Virus record (IMG/VR): IMGVR_UViG_3300030376_003949
Span: 1 to 57,099 of that record
Source of the DNA: a virus
Lineage: Duplodnaviria; Caudoviricetes
Reading direction: 5' to 3' (one strand)
DNA: 57,099 nt
In this document: one piece after another, positions 27,307-36,096 of the stretch
Layout: each line of letters begins with the position of its first letter
Numbering within the stretch: the stretch's first letter is position 1
The notes under the pieces: generated by a model
Database searches by the model: none
What the model was told of the DNA's origin: nothing
What the model saw: the letters and a program-made list of their open reading frames with translations, nothing else
Made by a program: the position numbers and the translations under genes

Positions 27307-27339
27307 TGTCATGATAGCATGACATAATTATTTAGTCAA
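27307..27339 (-). promoter_or_regulatory. Composite early/late promoter of the riboswitch leader
   Basis: TTGACT-N17-TATCAT overlapping CTAAATA; inverted repeat TGTCATG-N4-CATGACA across the -10. Confidence 0.65.
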
Positions 27340-27632
27340 GTAATTGAATAAAATGTGTACTTGAGGAACAGTTCTTCCCCTTTCTTGATTGGTTTAATAG
27401 TCTTCATGTGATAGATCTTACCCCAATCCTCTTGCTCGTACCATTTGACACAGTTAGGATCTTCACTATGATTTACGAATCCACCTAAAGGAGTTCTCAT
27501 AATATCTTCATCCACCACAACGTGAGAGATACCAAGATACATCATAGAATCGATATCTTCCTTAGCAAATAGTCCCTGTCCTGCGACAGGACTATCTTTA
27601 ACATGTAATTCTGGTGGAAGTGCTACGTACAT
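27336..27632 (-). CDS. Minimal SET-domain protein (putative lysine methyltransferase)
   Basis: S.V.G.GLFA, F.NHS..PN, I..GEEL..Y. Confidence 0.85.
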   Translation of the reverse strand: MYVALPPELHVKDSPVAGQGLFAKEDIDSMMYLGISHVVVDEDIMRTPLGGFVNHSEDPNCVKWYEQEDWGKIYHMKTIKPIKKGEELFLKYTFYSIT

Positions 27633-27847
27633 TAGAAACTAGACTCTTCCTTACCTTGTCTTCGTGCCCACATCTGACGTTCCATCTCCCACATTGCTTC
27701 TGCTGTGCCTGGAGGTAGTTCTTCCTGCCCTGCCTTGTCTAGTAACCGATCATATTCATCAGCACTATCGATGATTGCCTTCTGTAAGTCTTCTAAATTC
27801 CACTCTGGATCAGAGGGAGAATCCTGCAAAGGAGTCTGACTTGACAT
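27632..27847 (-). CDS. Hypothetical protein
   Basis: ORF track; probable start MSSQ overlapping the nrdB 3' end. Confidence 0.55.
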   Translation of the reverse strand: MSSQTPLQDSPSDPEWNLEDLQKAIIDSADEYDRLLDKAGQEELPPGTAEAMWEMERQMWARRQGKEESSF

Positions 27848-28976
27848 CTTGTTTGATTCCTCCAACGACATAACTTTCAATCTCCGTTTCTTGTGGTGCA
27901 TTTTGTTGACCCTTAGAATTGAGCCAGTGCTCTGTCCAAGGTAGTGGATTGTTTCTAAGGGGTTGATCGTATATAGGTTTCAAACCTATTGCCTTCATCC
28001 TCCTGTTAGCAATCCACTCAACATAATTGTGTAGTAATCTTTCATTCAATCCTATCATACTCCCTTCTTTAAACAAATAATTTGCCCATGCTTTCTCTTC
28101 ATCGACACACTTCTTAAACATTTGTATAACAGTTTCTTGTTCTTCTTCTGCAATCTCTTGCATCTCTGGATCATCTTTACCTTCAGTCCAGTTCTTTAAT
28201 ATCTGTTGTGTAAGTACTAGGTGTTGTGACTCATCTCTTGCGATAAGGGATAAGATCTTTGCTGATCCTTCCATGAGTTTGTTCTCACCGAATGCAAAAG
28301 AGCAAGCAAAACTAACATAGAAACGAATCCCTTCCAAGATGTTAACATTTGCTACTGCTTTATACAAGTACCTTTTAAGATCTCTTCTTGTCCATTCTGA
28401 ATTAGGATGGGTTCGCATGTCTGGTGTCCAAGCATTACTCTGATCATATTCATGTGCGTAATTAATAAAGTCATCATATGATTTGGTAACAGACTCTGCT
28501 CTTGAGAGAATGTTTTCATCAGTTAAAATAGTATCAAATAATTCTGAAGGATCAGAGTACACATTCTTAATGATGTATGTGTATGATCTACTATGGATCA
28601 TCTCCATGAACTGCCACACTTGCATACATGCTTCTAACTCAGGTAGAGAACAGTAAGGTATGAATGCCATACCAGGTGCTCTACCCTGTACACTATCCAA
28701 CATGATCTGATACTTCAAGTTAGAAGTAAAGATATGTTTCTGTTGATCTGTAAGTTGTGCATAGTCAGCACGATCTTTCTGGAGTGATACCTCTTCAGGT
28801 CTCCAGAAATATCCTAGTTGTTGCTGTGTTAACCTATCGAATGTTGGAAACCTATATGAATCATAACGTTGAACACTCAGGGGTGCTCCAAAAAACATGA
28901 ATTGTTTAGTAGTATCAACGACATTCCTATTGAAGACTGTCATACCACTCACCTCTTTAGACTGCACAGCTGTCAC
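27810..28976 (-). CDS. nrdB: Ribonucleotide reductase class Ia beta subunit
   Basis: FWRPEEV, LDSVQGR, E.IHSRSY, LEGIRFY.SF, RDE..H. Confidence 0.97.
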   Translation of the reverse strand: MTAVQSKEVSGMTVFNRNVVDTTKQFMFFGAPLSVQRYDSYRFPTFDRLTQQQLGYFWRPEEVSLQKDRADYAQLTDQQKHIFTSNLKYQIMLDSVQGRAPGMAFIPYCSLPELEACMQVWQFMEMIHSRSYTYIIKNVYSDPSELFDTILTDENILSRAESVTKSYDDFINYAHEYDQSNAWTPDMRTHPNSEWTRRDLKRYLYKAVANVNILEGIRFYVSFACSFAFGENKLMEGSAKILSLIARDESQHLVLTQQILKNWTEGKDDPEMQEIAEEEQETVIQMFKKCVDEEKAWANYLFKEGSMIGLNERLLHNYVEWIANRRMKAIGLKPIYDQPLRNNPLPWTEHWLNSKGQQNAPQETEIESYVVGGIKQDVKSDSFAGFSL

Positions 28977-31263
28977 AGACCTCCTCCTCAGTAGTTAATA
29001 GTTCATTAATAAGTTTATCAACATCCACATCATCACCATCTTTCTTGGCATCGTATGTGTTCTGATAATAAGATGTTTTCCAACCATACTTGTAGGTTGT
29101 CAGTAAATCCTTTGCCATCGCTGATACTGGAACTTCATTATCAGGATAGTTCTCTGGATTATAAGACCAGTTACCACTGATCGCTTGATCAAAGAACTTC
29201 TGCATAATAGCGACTACATTAATGTACCCAGTATTATCTGGCATGTCCCAAAGAAGCGTATAGTTATTCTTTAGTGACCCATAAGACGGAACCACTTGCT
29301 TAAGAGGCCCTTTCTTTGATTTCTTAATGGACAAGTAGTCTCTAGGAGGTTCGATTCCATTGGTAGCGTTTGACACAACGGAACTGCTCTCCGAAGGCAT
29401 TTGTGCCGACAGTGTGCTGTTCCTAAGCCCATACTTGGATATGCGTTCCCTAAGAAACTCCCAGTCACATGATAGATCATTTGGTATAATCTCATCAACG
29501 TCCTTCTTATATGTATCGGTGGGTAAAATACCATCTGCATACTTTGTTTTACCAAAGTAACCGCATGGTCCTTTCTCCATTGAAAGACGATTAGATGCAG
29601 TCAATAAAGCAAACTGAAATCTTTCTGTTAGTTTATGAACTAAATCATATGCCTCTGCACTTTCATACTTAGCATTATTCTTAGCAAGATAATGTGCTAA
29701 ACCAATAAAACCTACGCCAAGTGATCTACGATTCTTTGTAGACTGTTCTGCTGCCTTTACAGGATACTGTTGATAATCAATAAGGGCATCAAGACCACGT
29801 ACTGCTAGGTCACACAACTCATCTAACTCTTCAATCTTATTAATCTTACCTACATTAATAGCAGATAGAATACACAATGCAATCTCACCACTACCATCAA
29901 TATGTTGGATAGGATCTGTAGGTAGTGTAATCTCTTGGCAGAGGTTACTCATACTTACCTTGTCCTTGAATGAACTATGACTATTACAATGGTCAATGTT
30001 CATTAAGTAAATACGACCTGTCTCTGCTCTCTCCTTAAGGAGATCAAGAATTAATTCTTGGGCACCGATGGTTGACTTAGGGATGGATTCGTCGGACTCG
30101 TATTGAGTATAGAGTTCGTCAAAGGAATCGCTACCAAAAGCGTCATACAACCCAGGCACATCATGAGGACTGAATAAAGTGATAGTACCGTTTTGGATAA
30201 ATCGCTCATAAAAAATCTTACTTAATTGTATACTGTAGTCTAGTTTTCTTACTCGGTTGTCTTCTGTTCCTTTGTTGTTTTTGAGGACGAGGATGTCTTC
30301 GATTTCCTGATGCCAGATAGGAAAGTGGACAGTAGCTGACCCTCCTCTGATGCCGTTTTGAGTACAGCATCTGACAGTTGACTCAAGTTTTTTAAGGAAG
30401 GGGACCACACCTGTGTGTTGAACTTCTCCACCCCTGATTTTACTGTTGATGCCCCTGATGCGACCTGCGTTGATACCAATACCTGCCCTCTGAGCGACAT
30501 ATTTGCCAATAGCCATATCGCCACTAAAGATACTATCGAGGGTGTCATCAAGATCAACCAGAACACAACTTGCAAATTGGCGAATGGGGGTTCTAACTCC
30601 CGCCATGATGGGGGTTGGGATGTTGATTTTGTGCTTGCTGATTGCGTCATAATACTTTTTGATATACTCCAGTCTATAAAACTTATCGTCATCTTGAAAG
30701 AGAGTAACTGCTATCATCATGTACATGAACTGAGGAGTTTCAAATATCTCTCCAGTGCTTCTATCTTGTACAAGATACTTATCGGTTACTTGACGAATAC
30801 CTGCATAGGTAAACAGATAATCTCTGTCTTGATCTATGTATCCGTTTAATTTTTCCCACTCCTCATCACTGAATTTGTTGAGAACTTCTTTGTCATATAC
30901 ACCTTTGTTAATACAATTTTGTACATGCTCTTTAAGAATAGGATGCTTGTCAGGATGTCCATTATATACAGACTTCCTCAAACCAAACAAGAGAAGTCTA
31001 GCAGCAACGAACTGATAGTTAGGATTCTCTAGAGTGATTAGATCATTGGCAGAACGAATAAGGATCTCTTGAATATCCTTGGTCTCAATTCCATCAAAGA
31101 ATTGGAGACCACTGTTGATTTCTACTGCTGACTCAGACACACCTGCTAATCCTTCGCAAGCATGTTCAACCATCTTGTGAACCTTTTCAAGGTTAAGAGT
31201 GGTCTTCTCACCATCTCTCTTAACAACTTTGATTTCCGTACTGGGTGTCATACTTTCTTCCAC
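28957..31263 (-). CDS. nrdA: Ribonucleotide reductase class Ia alpha subunit with ATP cone
   Basis: VVKRDG, SCVL, SNLCQEI, MPSESSS, C-terminal C..C. Confidence 0.97.
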   Translation of the reverse strand: MEESMTPSTEIKVVKRDGEKTTLNLEKVHKMVEHACEGLAGVSESAVEINSGLQFFDGIETKDIQEILIRSANDLITLENPNYQFVAARLLLFGLRKSVYNGHPDKHPILKEHVQNCINKGVYDKEVLNKFSDEEWEKLNGYIDQDRDYLFTYAGIRQVTDKYLVQDRSTGEIFETPQFMYMMIAVTLFQDDDKFYRLEYIKKYYDAISKHKINIPTPIMAGVRTPIRQFASCVLVDLDDTLDSIFSGDMAIGKYVAQRAGIGINAGRIRGINSKIRGGEVQHTGVVPFLKKLESTVRCCTQNGIRGGSATVHFPIWHQEIEDILVLKNNKGTEDNRVRKLDYSIQLSKIFYERFIQNGTITLFSPHDVPGLYDAFGSDSFDELYTQYESDESIPKSTIGAQELILDLLKERAETGRIYLMNIDHCNSHSSFKDKVSMSNLCQEITLPTDPIQHIDGSGEIALCILSAINVGKINKIEELDELCDLAVRGLDALIDYQQYPVKAAEQSTKNRRSLGVGFIGLAHYLAKNNAKYESAEAYDLVHKLTERFQFALLTASNRLSMEKGPCGYFGKTKYADGILPTDTYKKDVDEIIPNDLSCDWEFLRERISKYGLRNSTLSAQMPSESSSVVSNATNGIEPPRDYLSIKKSKKGPLKQVVPSYGSLKNNYTLLWDMPDNTGYINVVAIMQKFFDQAISGNWSYNPENYPDNEVPVSAMAKDLLTTYKYGWKTSYYQNTYDAKKDGDDVDVDKLINELLTTEEEVCDSCAV

Positions 31264-32228
31264 TCTGTAAATTTGATTTGTGCCTCTATGTTTTGGTAGG
31301 TGTTTGATTCTACCAGAGAATTAACGTCATGTCCAGCCATTACCATGTCATTAATGTCCTTTTGTTGTATATCATTTGGCCAGATCACTACCTTTTCTCC
31401 TCTATCGATTGACTTGGATATTCTGTTGACGATTTCTCTGTTACGAGGTTCGTTATCATAAACCCAAATATAATCGCTCCAATTATACGACCTAGGATCA
31501 ACGTCAGACCCAGCCATCGCAATGGAATTATCCAAGAAGGTCGAATCAAACGGTCCTTCAGTGATGTAGATTGGTTTTGTTTCATCAATGTTATCTAATC
31601 CGAAGATCTTAGGTCTGTTCTCATCTAACATCACCGTGATATACCTCATCTTATCCTTCGGGTTTAAAGATCTTCCTTGAAAACCAAACCATTTTTTCTC
31701 TGCATCAACAAAAGGAATAATAATTCTTGAGTGGTCCTTTTTGATGCCAGAGAAAGTAGGTTTCTGAGTGTTAACCCAAGTACAGAACTGGTCTGTAAAA
31801 TAGAATAAGGACGGATTCAATTTCCGTCCTACGATGTACTTATATGCTGGATGTTCTATATTTAGATCAGAAACTTTTGTAAGTTCTCCTTGTCTTTTAA
31901 ATACAGGTTTTTTAAATTTTGGTTTAGGAACATAGGATCCTTTACCTGTTGTGCCACTCTTATATCTCTCCATGATATACTCATCATGAAGGTCTGGTGC
32001 CTGATCTTTTAAGAAGTTTGGTAACGTCCTACCAACTCCACAGTTATGGCATTTGTATACCATATCTGCTTTCAGACGAAAAAAATACCCCCGTGCCTTG
32101 TTCCTATGTTTCTGTGAATCACCACAGTAGGGACAACGGAAGTTGTATAAGTTTGCTTTCTTCTTAGTAAACCTGTCCAGTCTACCAGAGAGAAGCATTA
32201 CGTAATGTTCATCAACAAATTCAGACAA
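31248..32228 (-). CDS. gp61: DNA primase
   Basis: NFRCPYCGDS..KARG, CHNC, TEGPFDS, DNEPRN, KDINDM. Confidence 0.96.
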   Translation of the reverse strand: MSEFVDEHYVMLLSGRLDRFTKKKANLYNFRCPYCGDSQKHRNKARGYFFRLKADMVYKCHNCGVGRTLPNFLKDQAPDLHDEYIMERYKSGTTGKGSYVPKPKFKKPVFKRQGELTKVSDLNIEHPAYKYIVGRKLNPSLFYFTDQFCTWVNTQKPTFSGIKKDHSRIIIPFVDAEKKWFGFQGRSLNPKDKMRYITVMLDENRPKIFGLDNIDETKPIYITEGPFDSTFLDNSIAMAGSDVDPRSYNWSDYIWVYDNEPRNREIVNRISKSIDRGEKVVIWPNDIQQKDINDMVMAGHDVNSLVESNTYQNIEAQIKFTEWKKV

Positions 32229-32613
32229 TACGATGGACGTTTACTACATCCATAGTAACAGGTGAAGGTGGTTGTGTCAAGTTTCTTAAAATTTTCTGTC
32301 CGACTGGACTAACGATGAAAGATATAACAGACAGAGCACCAAAAATAGTCCACATCTTCTTTTCCATTGTTCTAAGACGGTCATCAACTTTTCTGATGTC
32401 CCTCTCGCATCCTTTCTTGATCTCATCTGATCTCCTGTTAACCTCTCTATGCACTGACTCTATCTTCTCAAAGAGTACAGCATCTATTCTATCCTGTTTA
32501 TCTAATTTCTCATTGTGGACAGCAAGTAACTGTCCCATCTTTACAGAGTTCTCCTGTAATGAATCCACAACTTTCTCAAGTCTTTCTAATATTGCACCAT
32601 TAATATCTGACAT
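32221..32613 (-). CDS. Coiled-coil protein with C-terminal TM
   Basis: ORF track; LAVHNEKL...EKKMW-TM. Confidence 0.7.
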   Translation of the reverse strand: MSDINGAILERLEKVVDSLQENSVKMGQLLAVHNEKLDKQDRIDAVLFEKIESVHREVNRRSDEIKKGCERDIRKVDDRLRTMEKKMWTIFGALSVISFIVSPVGQKILRNLTQPPSPVTMDVVNVHRIV

Positions 32614-33194
32614 TACTTATCGACAGTTGCCTGTGCTCCATCTGCTCTTTGTTTCTTCATAAGAGATGCAGTTTTCTTTTGCAACTCCATTCTAATTTGC
32701 TTAATCTTATCACCCGACTTCTTCTTCTCAAGACCAATCTGCTGACGAGTCATCTGCTGTTTCATTGCTTGATCAGCATTCTCTTTAACATTTCTTAAAT
32801 GATTTTGTCTTTTATTCATAAAGAACTTACCAGCATCACCAGGCAAAATTCTTTCAATAGTAATATCTCCACGGTATCTGTAGTTAATAAGCAAACGTAA
32901 CTTCTGTCTTAGTTCTGCTGGATTACTAGCATATACTACAGTAGATCCTATTTCTGGAAGAGAAACTTTGTATTGAAATAGATGTGACTTAGGTGCAAGT
33001 TTGTTTACTGCAGTCACACTCTCCTTTACCTTTTTCTTACCGTCAGATAACTTATTACCAGGAGCAACTAACCCCTTCAACTCTTTACGCTTTGCTCTCA
33101 TACGCAATACAGGATCGAATCCAGCATTAGGACCAGTCGCAGTAGCACTGCCACTAAACCCTCCTGTACCTGCTGTCATCATTTCTTCGTTCAT
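32613..33194 (-). CDS. Hypothetical basic protein (possible internal head protein)
   Basis: GGFSGSA.A.GP.AG.DP; VKE motifs. Confidence 0.7.
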   Translation of the reverse strand: MNEEMMTAGTGGFSGSATATGPNAGFDPVLRMRAKRKELKGLVAPGNKLSDGKKKVKESVTAVNKLAPKSHLFQYKVSLPEIGSTVVYASNPAELRQKLRLLINYRYRGDITIERILPGDAGKFFMNKRQNHLRNVKENADQAMKQQMTRQQIGLEKKKSGDKIKQIRMELQKKTASLMKKQRADGAQATVDK

Positions 33195-33556
33195 TAGAGT
33201 TTCTCCAGTTCTTCTTCTAAGTCAGGATCCACCTCTAAAGATGGCATCATTCCTATAGGATATTTATTCAAATAAAGTAGTAGAGTTTTTATAAGACTCC
33301 AATACTCCCTCTCCATTTTAAAAAATAGTAAGGGAGTTGCTGCTTCACCAAAAACATTATAAAGTATGATTAAATGGTTGATAATAAGATGAGTTCTTAA
33401 AGAACCCCCTCGAACATAACGCTTCAAGAGTCTTTTTAGATACTTGAAGCGTTTCATATCTTCATCAAAATCCTCCCTCGTCATAGAGGAAGGATTCTCA
33501 TAATGCTTAATGGCGAACAGAATGTAATTAGATTCATTCAGTTCGTCAATTAACAT
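33194..33556 (-). CDS. Conserved T4-like phage hypothetical protein
   Basis: ELNE.N..LFAIK.Y.NP....EDF.ED.KRFKY.KRL..LI.NH.I.L.NVFG. Confidence 0.85.
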   Translation of the reverse strand: MLIDELNESNYILFAIKHYENPSSMTREDFDEDMKRFKYLKRLLKRYVRGGSLRTHLIINHLIILYNVFGEAATPLLFFKMEREYWSLIKTLLLYLNKYPIGMMPSLEVDPDLEEELEKL

Positions 33557-33559
33557 ATA

Positions 33560-34144
33560 TTATTCTGAAACTGTTAGTGTAACTGCTGTCAAACCACTGA
33601 GTACCAGTGATGCTGCTGTTGAACCGTCTGCTGTGTCAGTAATTGTACCACTGTTAAGTGTAACGTTTGATCCACCTAATGTTAGTACGTCATCCTCAGC
33701 AACAGTTTGAGATGCTACTGTGAAACGCTTCCTGTTTGCAGTTGAACCAGTTGCAGTATAGGTAAGAGTGTGAGGTCCACGACCACTACCTGTACCTTGG
33801 TTACCGTTAGCAATTGCAACTTGAGGTGATCCAGCAACTGTTACCTTCTCATCCCATGTAATCTCAGCAGTAATTGTTCTGCTACCAGCTGCAATAGAAG
33901 ATTGTACAATACGAATCTTAGTTACAGTAGGTGCTGCAAGAGTTGTCGATAGACCACCGATGCAAGCAAGAACTTCTGGTTGTGCGTTAGCATTATCACT
34001 ACCACTTGAGGCAGTACCAGGTGCTACAACCCATCCTCTTGTGTCAGCATAGACTGTTGCCTTATTGTAATCTGAATTCTCGTCTTCTGGCAGCCATTTG
34101 GGCTTGTTAGTGGCACCAGCAGCGGTTTTTCCCCATAATGGCAT
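33560..34144 (-). CDS. Virion structural protein (Ig-like)
   Basis: MPLWG..KPKWL..A..RGW..EVL; TATAAATA upstream (~34177-34184). Confidence 0.7.
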   Translation of the reverse strand: MPLWGKTAAGATNKPKWLPEDENSDYNKATVYADTRGWVVAPGTASSGSDNANAQPEVLACIGGLSTTLAAPTVTKIRIVQSSIAAGSRTITAEITWDEKVTVAGSPQVAIANGNQGTGSGRGPHTLTYTATGSTANRKRFTVASQTVAEDDVLTLGGSNVTLNSGTITDTADGSTAASLVLSGLTAVTLTVSE

Positions 34145-34187
34145 GGTAAATTATCTCCGAAAATATTCTGTATGAGTATTTATAAAG

Positions 34188-34409
34188 TTAACTTTCTAGC
34201 AGTGCCTTCTGAAGTGCTACAACTAGTTCATCATCTACTTTGTTACCAGTCTTAGCTGCTGCTTTCTTCAGCAACTTGATAACAAAATCTTTGATTACAG
34301 AGTCAAGATCATCAGGAATATTATCAACTGCTTTGTTAATAATACTGATCGCAATGGGCATTAAAAAATTGATCATTATTTTGTACCGAATAGGTACTCT
34401 ATATAGCAC
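34188..34409 (-). CDS. Small hypothetical protein (likely start MINF)
   Basis: LLKKAAAKT.NKVDDELV..L..AL. Confidence 0.65.
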   Translation of the reverse strand: MLYRVPIRYKIMINFLMPIAISIINKAVDNIPDDLDSVIKDFVIKLLKKAAAKTGNKVDDELVVALQKALLES

Positions 34410-34411
34410 CT

Positions 34412-35128
34412 TTATGTGCCTAGACCTTTACCTTTCTTATAGTTATCTTCTCCACCATACCTTGCCATAGTGTCAGCATATGATTGAGTAGATTTAAACC
34501 CTGCCTTCTTTGCTTTAGCAGCGTATGCTTTCTTATCGTCTGCTCTCTTCTTATACTTTCCAGTACCAGCATCAGACTTAGAACCCTTTACTTTCTTTGC
34601 CTGTCTGCTACCACCTTGTCCCATGACAGCACCAGCACCATGTTCCTTCCTAATCTTAGCAAGAACTACTGACATTGCTGTTGGTTTACCAGATGGTTTC
34701 TTAGTACCACCCTTATCGTAACCCTTCTCTTTCTTAAGACGAGTTGCTTCTTGAAAATTATTAAAAGTCAAGATCGAATTTTCAGTGCTCTCTTCTGTGC
34801 TTTCTTCTGAAACTTCTTCTTGACTGTCATAGGATTCCAAGTGCGGGTTTTTCATTTGCGGACCTTTCATAAGTTCCTTTCTCGCCTTCTCGTTATTTTT
34901 CAGGCGTTTCTTAAAGTCGGTCTCTAAGTATGTATCATCTTTCTTCTTTGCTTCTGATACTGAATTGCAATTACAATCATCTCCACACTTGTCATGAGAT
35001 TCGTGAGTATCACATTCACAATCACAACTAGATTTCTCCATCACATCCTTAAGATTAGGATTGATCTTGACTTTAGTTTTTTTCTCTTGAAGTTGTTTAA
35101 AGCTTAGCATCTTCCTTCTCCTTTTCAA
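34412..35128 (-). CDS. Lys/Glu-rich protein, possible internal head protein (likely start MLSFKQLQE)
   Basis: Low complexity, Cys/His patch, xxE-A motifs. Confidence 0.7.
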   Translation of the reverse strand: MKRRRKMLSFKQLQEKKTKVKINPNLKDVMEKSSCDCECDTHESHDKCGDDCNCNSVSEAKKKDDTYLETDFKKRLKNNEKARKELMKGPQMKNPHLESYDSQEEVSEESTEESTENSILTFNNFQEATRLKKEKGYDKGGTKKPSGKPTAMSVVLAKIRKEHGAGAVMGQGGSRQAKKVKGSKSDAGTGKYKKRADDKKAYAAKAKKAGFKSTQSYADTMARYGGEDNYKKGKGLGT

Positions 35129-36095
35129 GAATAACGTTTTCTATTTCTTCAATAGAGAATAGATTAGACTCATAAAGATGTGCAATCTCGTCATAGGATT
35201 CTCCCATACGAGTAGCAAGTTTGTTTGAACCCTTTGATACTGCACGAGCAGTCTTACCAACTGCTTTCTTTAGACCACGCTTAATTGCACCACCAATTCT
35301 CCTCAGTAAACCTGGACCTTTCTTTTTCTCCCCGCCACCATCACTTCCACCACTATCAGGTCTACTAGTAGTAGTGCTTGCATTATCACTAGTAGTAGTA
35401 CGAGACTTTGCTACTTCTTTCTGCTTTTCTTTAGCGGCAGAGAACTCACCAGCAACTTTACCAGCAGTCTGTACTGCTTTCTTTCCTACTGCCTTAACAC
35501 CTTTCTTAACTAGAGAACCTGCCTTCTTAGCAGCAGACTTAAGTCTCTCCATACGAGAAGGAGATTTTTTCTTAGATAGTAATTTCTTACGTGCCTCTGC
35601 TCCTGCATCTCTTTCAGGTGCTTTCTTAGGTGCTTGTACAGCAACATTAGGCATTGCTGAATGCTTTGATGGTGCTTCTGTTAATACTTCAGTCTCTTCC
35701 AAGTGCTCACAAATTTCAATAAGATCTTGATCGTCTTCTGATATCTCATGAATAGACTCTATCATTAGATCGACGAGTTCTTCATCAGACATTGCATCAA
35801 TCTCTTCTCCTAGTTGAGCAAGTTCTTCAAACTCCTCATCAGAGAAAGCAAATGCTTCCTTCTCGTAGTGCTTCTTCTTCTCTTTCTTTTCTCTCTTACT
35901 AATCTTACCATCAGTGTCAGATTTCTCGTACCACTTACCATCACAGTCATCATCCTGCCAGCGAGGTTCCTTCTTTTTGGCTTCCTTCTGGACTTCAACC
36001 TTTCCTGTTTTCTTTACGTCAACTTTACCGCCTTTAGAATATCCCTTGACTTCATCAAGGGCAGCAGTCATATCTGGTAGGTCTCTGAGATTCAT
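35097..36095 (-). CDS. Acidic/basic low-complexity protein, possible internal head/core protein
   Basis: WQDDD.DGKWYE..D.DGKISKRE; K/A-rich segments. Confidence 0.7.
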   Translation of the reverse strand: MNLRDLPDMTAALDEVKGYSKGGKVDVKKTGKVEVQKEAKKKEPRWQDDDCDGKWYEKSDTDGKISKREKKEKKKHYEKEAFAFSDEEFEELAQLGEEIDAMSDEELVDLMIESIHEISEDDQDLIEICEHLEETEVLTEAPSKHSAMPNVAVQAPKKAPERDAGAEARKKLLSKKKSPSRMERLKSAAKKAGSLVKKGVKAVGKKAVQTAGKVAGEFSAAKEKQKEVAKSRTTTSDNASTTTSRPDSGGSDGGGEKKKGPGLLRRIGGAIKRGLKKAVGKTARAVSKGSNKLATRMGESYDEIAHLYESNLFSIEEIENVILEKEKEDAKL

Positions 36096-36096
36096 T

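Noticed and set aside
19982-31263. Introns or inteins in psbA, nrdA or nrdB
   Set aside because: All are continuous and of normal length.
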